NCBI GenBank assembly: GCA_964532285.1
Contig: CAZHHB010000004.1
Span: forward strand, 425-64,424
DNA length: 64,000 bases
DNA from: an uncultured Candidatus Saccharibacteria bacterium
Lineage (GTDB): Bacteria; Patescibacteriota; Minisyncoccia; Phycocordibacterales; PALSA-1337
Reading direction: 5' to 3'
In this document: piece after piece, positions 43,521-50,829 of the stretch
Layout: the number at the start of each line of letters is the position of its first letter
How positions within the stretch are numbered: position 1 is the first letter of the stretch
Made by a program: the position numbers and the translations under genes
The notes under the pieces: generated by a model
The model's database searches: none
What the model was told of the DNA's origin: nothing
Seen by the model: only the letters and a program-made list of their open reading frames with translations

Positions 43521-43566
43521 ATAACTGTTTCCCATTTCTTCTCCTATGAGGTAAACTAGGTTTTAC

Positions 43567-45180
43567 ATGCCCAAGTCAACGACCAAAACCACAAAGACCA
43601 CCCTACTTCGCCCCTCGATAAAAACTCGGGGCTTCGAAGGGCAAGAAATTAGAGAGGTCAAGAAACCTTTCTATATAACAACTACCTTGCCGTATGTGAA
43701 TGCTGAACCACATATTGGTTTCGCCATGGAACTCATTCGTGCAGACATCATCGCTAGGAACAAAGCCCTGCAGGGACATGAAGTATTTTTGAATACCGGA
43801 ACGGACGAACACGGCACCAAGATATATCGCAAGGCGAAAGAGCAACACATGGAGACTCAGGCTTATGTGGACGATTTGGTTTTGAAATTCAAAGAACTAA
43901 TCCCACTTTTGGGTATTCGCACGGACACCAACTTCATTCGGACAACGGACCCACATCATATCGCGGCCGCTCAGGAATTCTGGAAAAATGTGGACAAAAA
44001 CGGACTTATTTATAAGAAAAATTACAAAATCAAGTATTGTGTCGGTTGTGAACTGGAAAAGACCGAGTCAGAATTGGTAGAAGGGAAATGCTCACTTCAT
44101 CCTCTTCAAGAATTAGAATTGATAGAAGAAGAAAATTATTTCTTCCGTTTCAGCCTATTCCAAAAACAACTCATGGATCTCTATGAGAAAGTCCCAGATT
44201 TCGTGGTGCCAAACTCTCGTTTGAATGAAATAAGGGCTTTCGTAGAGCGTGGTCTAGAAGATTTCAGTGTGTCACGATTGGCTACAAAAATGCCTTGGGG
44301 CATACCAGTACCAGGTGATGACAAGCATGTGATGTATGTTTGGTTTGATGCTTTGGTGAATTATGTTTCGGCAATTGGGTGGCCTGAAAAAGAAGTACCC
44401 TCCTCCACATCTCCTTCCAGTCGAGCTTCGAAGGGCAAGGAAAGTGAGGTGTTAAATTTTCAGAAGTGGTGGGTGGAAAGTGGGGGGGTTATTCAATATT
44501 GCGGCAAAGACAATCTCCGACAACAAGCCGCAATGTGGCAAGCCATGCTCATGGCGGCAAAACTCCCGCCTTCCAGGAAGATTATTATAGATGGTTTCAT
44601 TACAGGAGAAGGTGGTATCAAGATGTCCAAATCTCTAGGCAATACTGTCAGTCCTGTTGGTATAGTAAAGGATTATGGAACAGATGCTTTGCGTTATTAT
44701 GTTACTAGAGAACTAGCGCCTTTCGAAGATAGTGCATTTACTCCAGAGAAATTCAAAGAAGCTTACAACGCCCATCTGGCTAATGGCCTGGGCAATCTTG
44801 TTTCTAGAGTTATGAAAATGGCTGAGACAAATGATATAAAGTTTGATAATAAGGTTTTGGAGAAATTTGTTGATTCGGAAGAATTCAAATCAATTGACGC
44901 GAGATATAACGAAGGCTTCGAGTCATATGATCTGCAGAAAGTTGGTAATGTTGTTTGGGAGCTTATTTCAAGTACTGACAAGATAGTTCAAGAACGCGAG
45001 CCATTCAAAAAAATAAAAACAAACAAGACAGAAGCAGAATCGGACATCAGGGAACTAATCGTCCGTGTATACATGATCGGTTCATTACTGGCTCCTGTTT
45101 TGCCAGAAACAGGGGCGAAGATCATCACATTGATTGAGGGCAACAAAATGCCTGAGGCTCCGTTGTTTGCAAGGAAGTAA
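43567..45180 (+). CDS. metG: Methionyl-tRNA synthetase with ~30-aa N-terminal extension
   Basis: 'YITTTLPYVNAEPHIGFAMELIRADIIARN' and 'KMSKSLGN'. The N-terminal extension '[27 protein letters not shown]' contains a 48-nt element shared with recA. Confidence 0.85.
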   Translation: MPKSTTKTTKTTLLRPSIKTRGFEGQEIREVKKPFYITTTLPYVNAEPHIGFAMELIRADIIARNKALQGHEVFLNTGTDEHGTKIYRKAKEQHMETQAYVDDLVLKFKELIPLLGIRTDTNFIRTTDPHHIAAAQEFWKNVDKNGLIYKKNYKIKYCVGCELEKTESELVEGKCSLHPLQELELIEEENYFFRFSLFQKQLMDLYEKVPDFVVPNSRLNEIRAFVERGLEDFSVSRLATKMPWGIPVPGDDKHVMYVWFDALVNYVSAIGWPEKEVPSSTSPSSRASKGKESEVLNFQKWWVESGGVIQYCGKDNLRQQAAMWQAMLMAAKLPPSRKIIIDGFITGEGGIKMSKSLGNTVSPVGIVKDYGTDALRYYVTRELAPFEDSAFTPEKFKEAYNAHLANGLGNLVSRVMKMAETNDIKFDNKVLEKFVDSEEFKSIDARYNEGFESYDLQKVGNVVWELISSTDKIVQEREPFKKIKTNKTEAESDIRELIVRVYMIGSLLAPVLPETGAKIITLIEGNKMPEAPLFARK

Positions 45181-45188
45181 TTTGCGAC

Positions 45189-45230
45189 TACCGAGATCGG
45201 ATCTCGGTATACCAAGATCGGATCTCGGTG
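45189..45230. repeat. Twin-palindrome intergenic repeat, copy 3
   Basis: TACCGAGATCGGATCTCGG-TATA-CCAAGATCGGATCTCGG, starting 9 nt after the metG stop. Confidence 0.85.
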
Positions 45231-45237
45231 TAAAATT

Positions 45238-46056
45238 ATGAAATACATAGATATACATGGACATGTTAATTTCCCCGAATACGACGGTGACAGGGAAGCG
45301 ACGCTCAAAAGAGCCACGGATGCTGGCGTGTCAATGATCACTGTAGGTACTGATCTTGAAACTTCTAGATCGGCGGTTGAATTGGCGAATAAGTTTGAGA
45401 ATATGTATGCCACGGTTGGAACCCACCCTACTTCCAAAGAGGTTATAGATATTGAAGCTTACAATAATCTTGCAAATGATCCGAAAGTTGTTGCTATCGG
45501 CGAGTGCGGTCTGGATTACTTTAGGTCAGATGAAGGAACTGCCGATGAACAGCGCAAGGTGTTTGAAATGATGATTGATCTGGCAAATAGGGTAAATAAG
45601 CCTTTGATGTTGCATTTGCGAAATCCTGTTGTCAGAGGTCCGACCTCTACACCGACCTCTGCATACAAAGACGCCTACACTATTCTCAAGGAGCGTTCAA
45701 AAGTCTTGGGTAATCTCCATTTCTTTGCTGGGAGCATAGAGGAGGCGAAGCCGTTCTTAGATTTAGGATATTACTTTTCTTTTACAGGAGCCATAACATT
45801 TGGCAATAACTATGAGGAAATAATTAAATACATTCCCATTAATAGGATAATGTCGGAGACTGACTGTCCATTTGTTGCGCCTATTCCATATAGAGGTAAA
45901 AGGAATGAACCAGCTTATGTCATTGAAGTGGTCAAAACTATTGCTAAGATTAAAGGCCAATCTGAGGAAGTGGTCAGGGAACAGGTGTTGAAGAATGCTG
46001 AAACATTTCTACCAAGATCCGATCTCGGTATACCAAGATCCGATCTTGGAACTTGA
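45238..46056 (+). CDS. tatD: TatD-family metal-dependent DNase; C-terminal tail encoded by a palindromic repeat
   Basis: 'IDIHGHVNFPEY' and a 'DLGYYFSFTGAITF' region. The last 14 codons ('LPRSDLGIPRSDLGT') are read through repeat copy 4. Confidence 0.8.
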   Translation: MKYIDIHGHVNFPEYDGDREATLKRATDAGVSMITVGTDLETSRSAVELANKFENMYATVGTHPTSKEVIDIEAYNNLANDPKVVAIGECGLDYFRSDEGTADEQRKVFEMMIDLANRVNKPLMLHLRNPVVRGPTSTPTSAYKDAYTILKERSKVLGNLHFFAGSIEEAKPFLDLGYYFSFTGAITFGNNYEEIIKYIPINRIMSETDCPFVAPIPYRGKRNEPAYVIEVVKTIAKIKGQSEEVVREQVLKNAETFLPRSDLGIPRSDLGT

Positions 46057-46106
46057 GATTTTATCAGGAATTTATCTCTTTTTTATCAGGAATTTATCTT
46101 TGTTTG
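46011..46106. repeat. Composite repeat: twin palindrome (copy 4) plus tandem 'TTATCAGGAATTTATCT' x2 module
   Basis: ACCAAGATCCGATCTCGGTATACCAAGATCCGATCTTGG, then TTATCAGGAATTTATCTCTTTTTTATCAGGAATTTATCTTTGTTTG. The same ~95-bp composite occurs at 56835-56920. Confidence 0.85.
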
Positions 46107-46290
46107 CTAGAGTTCTCTTAGATCTTTGAAATTTCATCTATGATTATTTTGTTCATAACCCTTGCGTTACGGGTCATTTATGTGGTAGCCTCATATTAAT
46201 TATAAGTAATCGCGGTAAGTCCCAAGAGTCTTGAATAATAAGACTATGGGTCCCGAAGGAGAAATCCGAGGGTCACTGACCGCAAAAAAT

Positions 46291-46800
46291 ATGGAAGAAA
46301 TAAAAGAGGGCCACAGTACGGTCTATGAGATAGGGTATTTAATAGTCTCTTCAATTCCTGAAGAGGGTGTTCCAGCTGAAGCAGATATTGTGAGAAAGAT
46401 TATCAATGATGCGGGTAGTTCTATCATTGCTGAGGAAGCTCCACATCGTCAATCTTTGGCATACACCATACGAAGAAAGACTGTATCTGGATCGTATGAT
46501 AAATTTGATGAAGCTTACTTTGGTTGGATCAAGTTTGAAGTCGAGTCCAGTAAGATTGAAGCTATCAAGAAATCTGTAGAGATCACCCCTTCAGTACTCC
46601 GTATGCTTCTCATAACTACAGTTAGTGAAAATACATATCTGGGCAAACGCGCTCCGTTGGTATCTATCAACCCTATAACAGAAGAGAAAATCCCTTCACG
46701 CCAACCAGCAGATGGCGCAGTTAATGTTACAGACAATGCGGCTCCGGCAACCATAGAGGAGATGGACAAGAGTATAGATGAAATGGTTAAAGAGGTCTAA
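46291..46800 (+). CDS. rpsF: 30S ribosomal protein S6 with C-terminal extension
   Basis: 'VYEIGYLIVSSIPEE...RKIINDAGSSIIAEEAPHRQSLAYTIRRK...VLRMLLI'. The start was placed at ATG 46291 (the ORF opens at 46231). Confidence 0.7.
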   Translation: MEEIKEGHSTVYEIGYLIVSSIPEEGVPAEADIVRKIINDAGSSIIAEEAPHRQSLAYTIRRKTVSGSYDKFDEAYFGWIKFEVESSKIEAIKKSVEITPSVLRMLLITTVSENTYLGKRAPLVSINPITEEKIPSRQPADGAVNVTDNAAPATIEEMDKSIDEMVKEV

Positions 46801-46826
46801 ATTTATTAAAAGTAATAACAATAAAT

Positions 46827-47318
46827 ATGTACCTAAACAAAGCATTAATCATAGGCAATCTAACGCGTGATCCTGAACTCAAAGCATTACCATCTGGAAT
46901 CAAGGTCTGCAGTTTCAGTGTAGCTACCAATCGTACTTACAAAGACAAAGATGGCAAAAAACAAGAGACTGTAGAATTTCACAATGTTTCCGCTTTCTCT
47001 AAACTTGGAGAATTGGCAGGACAATATTTGAAGAAAGGTCAGCAAGTTTTGGTAGAGGGTCGTTTGCAAACTCGTTCCTGGGAATCAAATGGTGAGAAGA
47101 GGTATCGCACAGAGATTATTGCCGACAATGTCCAGTTCGGCATGAAGGGAACTGGGGGTAGTGGTTTCCAGAAATCTTCCGGATCTACAACCACAAGTCA
47201 GGATTCAGGTGGTGATATACAGTCATCTGGTGGAACGAGTGAAGCGCCGGCTGGCGGAGCTGGAGAGAAGATAGATTATCCGACCGAGGAGATAAATCCA
47301 GAAGACATACCATTCTAA
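46827..47318 (+). CDS. ssb: Single-stranded DNA-binding protein
   Basis: OB fold 'ALIIGNLTRDPELKALPSGIKVCSFSVATNR...' and the acidic tail ending 'EDIPF'. Confidence 0.85.
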   Translation: MYLNKALIIGNLTRDPELKALPSGIKVCSFSVATNRTYKDKDGKKQETVEFHNVSAFSKLGELAGQYLKKGQQVLVEGRLQTRSWESNGEKRYRTEIIADNVQFGMKGTGGSGFQKSSGSTTTSQDSGGDIQSSGGTSEAPAGGAGEKIDYPTEEINPEDIPF

Positions 47319-47342
47319 TCAATTATAATTTAATTAAAAATC

Positions 47343-47546
47343 ATGAAAAAGCAGTGTTATTTCAGTCAACATAATATAAAGCATATAGATTACAAGGATA
47401 CAGACATCCTTCGTAAGTTCTTGAATCCGCACGGACGAGTCTTGTCCCGCAAGCGTACAGGTATCTCAGCAAAGTATCAGCGTCAACTCGGCACAGCTGT
47501 AAAGCGCGCGAGGTTCATGGGGCTTCTGCCGTATGTAGCGAGGTAA
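47343..47546 (+). CDS. rpsR: 30S ribosomal protein S18
   Basis: 'IDYKDTDILRKFLNPHGRVLSRKRTGISAKYQRQLGTAVKRARFMGLLPY'. Confidence 0.85.
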   Translation: MKKQCYFSQHNIKHIDYKDTDILRKFLNPHGRVLSRKRTGISAKYQRQLGTAVKRARFMGLLPYVAR

Positions 47547-47560
47547 AAGTAGAGAATGCA

Positions 47561-47729
47561 AAAAGGAACAGTTGTAATTTTTAGTTACCTGCGAGACTCG
47601 CTCCGTGAAATTGCTAGGTAAAAGGCTCAGGAATTGTAAACAATTCCAACGACATTCGCCTTTTACCAAGCAATTTCTACTGCGCTCAGACAAGGTTCTC
47701 GGCAACTAAAAATTACAATTGTTCCTTTT
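47561..47729. repeat. Copy A of a ~110-bp conserved core (47590-47700) nested in the loop of the rpsR/efp bidirectional terminator palindrome
   Basis: Outer arms GGAACAGTTGTAATTTTTAGTTACC / GGCAACTAAAAATTACAATTGTTCC, with T-runs on both strands. The core 'CCTGCGAGACTCGCTCCGTGAAATTGCTAGGTAAAAGGCTCAGGAATTGTAAACAATTCCAACGACATTCGCCTTTTACCAAGCAATTTCTACTGCGCTCAGACAAGGTTCTCGGC' is about 96% identical to 53137-53245. Confidence 0.8.
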
Positions 47730-47731
47730 TG

Positions 47732-48304
47732 TTACTTACCAACTCTTTCTCGGTACTCACCGTTCTCTGTATTTATCCTGATGACATCTCCTTCGTTGAC
47801 GAAGAGGGGAACATTGATCGTTGTACCAGTTTCTAGGGTCACAGTCTTCTGACCGCCTGTAGCGGTGTCGCCTTTGACATTTGGAGGGGCTTCGGTGACC
47901 TTGAGTTCGGCTGTGATGGGCATTATGAATCCCATAGGTTGCTCTTTAAATAAGAGCTGTTTGACGATAGTATTTACCTTGAGGAATCTACCTTGCGGTC
48001 CTACTATCTCTTCGGATACCTTGAATCTGGCACTAGGATTGGTTGGGTCAGTGAACCACCATTCATCGCGGTTGTTATAGAGATATTTGACCTCTTTTTC
48101 CTCTATCTCGGCCTCCTCCACCTTCTCAGATTGATGGAATGAGTACTCGGTAACCTTGCCTGTCATGAGGTTCTTGAGTTTGGTGGCGTTGACGGGCTTG
48201 CGCTGTTGTTTGCGGAAGACATGTGAAGATATGACTTCATAAGGCTGACCATCCAAGACGATGTATTTCTTCTCGGTTATTTCGCTGTATTCTAGGAGTG
48301 ACAT
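47732..48304 (-). CDS. efp: Elongation factor P
   Basis: 'MSLLEYSEITEKKYIVLDGQPYEV...KPVNATKLKNLMTGKVTEYSF'. Confidence 0.85.
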   Translation of the reverse strand: MSLLEYSEITEKKYIVLDGQPYEVISSHVFRKQQRKPVNATKLKNLMTGKVTEYSFHQSEKVEEAEIEEKEVKYLYNNRDEWWFTDPTNPSARFKVSEEIVGPQGRFLKVNTIVKQLLFKEQPMGFIMPITAELKVTEAPPNVKGDTATGGQKTVTLETGTTINVPLFVNEGDVIRINTENGEYRERVGK

Positions 48305-48421
48305 GGTTGGGTTGGGAATTTGTTGGATAATTGGGTGATTGAGCCATTCTATAGGGAATCTAGTAAAAAAGCAAAAAATAACACCCCTAGGTCGGACCTA
48401 GAGGTTTGGTGTGTTTGTTTG

Positions 48422-48625
48422 CTATACTTTTGCTGCTTTGAATAATTCCGCCACTTTTGTTCCGACGGGATCGTGTTTCTCGAAGTTTTTCACGATTAAG
48501 TCATTATTAACTCGTGTCCCCCGAGAATCTCCATCGGGAAATTGTCCATTCGCTTGTGCTTCGCGTAACTTTTGTTCCCTGGCGGCTCTCATAGATAATT
48601 TGGCGCCAGCAATTAATTTGTTCAT
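48422..48625 (-). CDS. Hypothetical small basic protein (67 aa)
   Basis: The ORF opens at 48667; an SD 'AAAGG' precedes the internal ATG at 48625. No family recognised. Confidence 0.3.
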   Translation of the reverse strand: MNKLIAGAKLSMRAAREQKLREAQANGQFPDGDSRGTRVNNDLIVKNFEKHDPVGTKVAELFKAAKV

Positions 48626-48705
48626 GGTTATACCTTTCTGTTGAAAGATTATCATATAGTCAAACAAACAAAAACCCCGCGTAGAGCGGGGTTTTGTGGG
48701 TATTA

Positions 48706-48951
48706 TCAGTCGTATGCTTTGTCGCGCCGTCTTATACTCATTATGTGTATTGCACCGGCATGTCTCTCAAAGAATATTCTATAATCTCCAGATCTCCATC
48801 TGTGTGACTTTTCCGTCGCTATATACTTGGCGAAGACAAGAGGGTCTCTATATCTCATAAGAGATCTGATCTTTTCTGTTACGCGTATTTTATTTTCCAC
48901 TGACAAATTAGATAGCTCATTTTGAGCTCTACGAGTTATGTATATCTCCAT
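48706..48951 (-). CDS. RelE/ParE-family type II toxin
   Basis: 'RSGDYRIFFERHAGAIHIMSIRRRDKAY' fits the RelE/ParE C-terminal pattern. It lies directly downstream of a small antitoxin-like gene with a 5-nt gap. Confidence 0.6.
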   Translation of the reverse strand: MEIYITRRAQNELSNLSVENKIRVTEKIRSLMRYRDPLVFAKYIATEKSHRWRSGDYRIFFERHAGAIHIMSIRRRDKAYD

Positions 48952-48956
48952 GAGAA

Positions 48957-49199
48957 TTACAGTCCCAATTCCTTGAATACTTCTTCTGCTGGACGAGTTC
49001 TACCTTTTCGTATATCTTCACGGGCCTCAGCGAGATCGCGTTGTAAGGCAGTCATTTTTATATGACCATTTACATATTCGCGTGCAGCAAAGTTTAAAAA
49101 TGCACTTAGAGTCATCCCTTCTTTGCGTGCTTTTCTCATAACTTCTTTTTTGAGAGTAGTATCCATGTTCATTAGTACTTTAGAAGTTTTTAATTTCAT
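48957..49199 (-). CDS. Putative antitoxin (RelB/DinJ or RHH-like) of the RelE/ParE toxin
   Basis: 80 aa, 'MDTTLKKEVMRKARKEGMTLSAFLNFAAREYV', in a canonical antitoxin-then-toxin arrangement. Confidence 0.5.
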   Translation of the reverse strand: MKLKTSKVLMNMDTTLKKEVMRKARKEGMTLSAFLNFAAREYVNGHIKMTALQRDLAEAREDIRKGRTRPAEEVFKELGL

Positions 49200-49295
49200 A
49201 GTAATAACAGTATATATCTTATATATATACAGTCAAGATTAAGACACACCAAAAATTACGACTAATAGTTGGGTATATTAAATCTTATTTGTCGA

Positions 49296-50417
49296 TTATT
49301 GCTCTTTGAACTTCACTCTTATCTCACTCAATATCTGATCTTTGATTTTCGGGTTCTCTTTGAGGAATTGTCTGGTGGCGTCATATCCACGGCCGAGTTT
49401 CACTTCTCCGAAAGCATAGGATGAGCCGCTCTTTTGGAGTAAGCCGTATTTCTCACCCAAAGCGATGATCTCGCCTTCTTGCGATATTCCCTCGTTGTAC
49501 ATGAGGTCAAATTCTGTCTGTTTGAATGGTGCGGCGACTTTATTCTTCACAACCTTGACTCGTACACGACCGCCCATGATCTCTTCGCCTTTTTTGATCT
49601 GAGCAATGCGTCGGATGTCCAATCGTACAGAAGAGTAGAATTTCAAAGCCTTACCACCTGGTGTCGTCTCTGGATTGCCGAACATAACTCCGATTTGCAT
49701 GCGGATCTGATTGATGAAGATAACAGTAGTCTTTGACTTTGCGACTATAGCTGTCAATTTGCGTAGAGCTTGAGACATTAATCGAGCTTGAGTTCCGACA
49801 TGGAATGCTCCCATATCGCCTTCAATCTCTGCACGCGGAGTCAGGGCAGCTACGGAATCAATAACCACAACATCCATTTTGTTTGTGCGGATGAGGCTGT
49901 CTACAATCTCCAAGGCTTGTTCGCCTGTGTCTGGCTGTGATATCAGAAGTTCATCTATCTTCACACCCAAGCGTTTGCTGTATTCTGGATCCATAGCGTG
50001 TTCTGCATCTATATAAGCACAAACTCCACCAAGCTTCTGTGCCTCAGCTACAATGTGCAAGGCTAGGGTTGTTTTGCCGGATGATTCTGGCCCGAACACC
50101 TCTATAATGCGTCCACGGGGAACCCCACCAATACCGAGGGCCCAATCTAGGCCGAGAGAACCTGTGGGTATGGCGTTGACGTTGACCTTTGGCTTCTCAT
50201 CCAACTTCATGATGGAATCTTCACCAAACTTTGTGCGAATGGCGTCTAGGGCGTCTTGGATGCCAGCACCAGCACTTTTTTTGTTCTTATCTTCGTGACC
50301 AGATTCGACTACTGATTCTACAGCTTCCTTATTTTCTGTTTTGCTTTCTTCTTGCCCTTCGGAGCCCCGAGTTTTTATCGAGGGGCGAAGTAGGGTTTGT
50401 TTTTTCTTTATAGACAT
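49296..50417 (-). CDS. recA: Recombinase RecA with ~45-aa N-terminal extension
   Basis: Walker A 'GPESSGKTT', L1/L2 loops and '[23 protein letters not shown]'. The extension '[23 protein letters not shown]...' shares a 48-nt element with metG. Confidence 0.9.
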   Translation of the reverse strand: MSIKKKQTLLRPSIKTRGSEGQEESKTENKEAVESVVESGHEDKNKKSAGAGIQDALDAIRTKFGEDSIMKLDEKPKVNVNAIPTGSLGLDWALGIGGVPRGRIIEVFGPESSGKTTLALHIVAEAQKLGGVCAYIDAEHAMDPEYSKRLGVKIDELLISQPDTGEQALEIVDSLIRTNKMDVVVIDSVAALTPRAEIEGDMGAFHVGTQARLMSQALRKLTAIVAKSKTTVIFINQIRMQIGVMFGNPETTPGGKALKFYSSVRLDIRRIAQIKKGEEIMGGRVRVKVVKNKVAAPFKQTEFDLMYNEGISQEGEIIALGEKYGLLQKSGSSYAFGEVKLGRGYDATRQFLKENPKIKDQILSEIRVKFKEQ

Positions 50418-50468
50418 GTTTTTTCTGATTACATTCTTACTTATAAATGGCAGGCATAGGGTATAATA

Positions 50469-50825
50469 TCATATACGAACAATATCCAGTATCGTCTTGA
50501 CTTCACGACCAAACTGATCTCTTGCTTTGAGGCTTATCTTGTTTAGACCAGGAAAAACTATGATAGTTTCGGAGAAATGACCTTGCTCATCTATTGAGAG
50601 GGCGTTCCCGTTCAAATATATGTTATTGACACGCTCAACTATTCCGCGGATCGTAATAGTGGTAGATGCGGTTGAGGACCCATTCAATGGTTCTATGATA
50701 TTTATAACTGGTCCGCGGGTGTAATTCAATGAACGCCAAATAGCGTAGGCGATAATTATTCCAGCTAGAATTAGTATTCCGAGTAATTTTATTAAACGAA
50801 TAGTTGTTGTTCGGGTTGGCAGCAT
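50469..50825 (-). CDS. Hypothetical single-TM protein
   Basis: The ATG at 50825 follows the ftsK stop at 50830 (the ORF opens at 50891, overlapping ftsK). 'TIRLIKLLGILILAGIIIAYAIW' is a TM segment. Confidence 0.4.
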   Translation of the reverse strand: MLPTRTTTIRLIKLLGILILAGIIIAYAIWRSLNYTRGPVINIIEPLNGSSTASTTITIRGIVERVNNIYLNGNALSIDEQGHFSETIIVFPGLNKISLKARDQFGREVKTILDIVRI

Positions 50826-50829
50826 TTGA

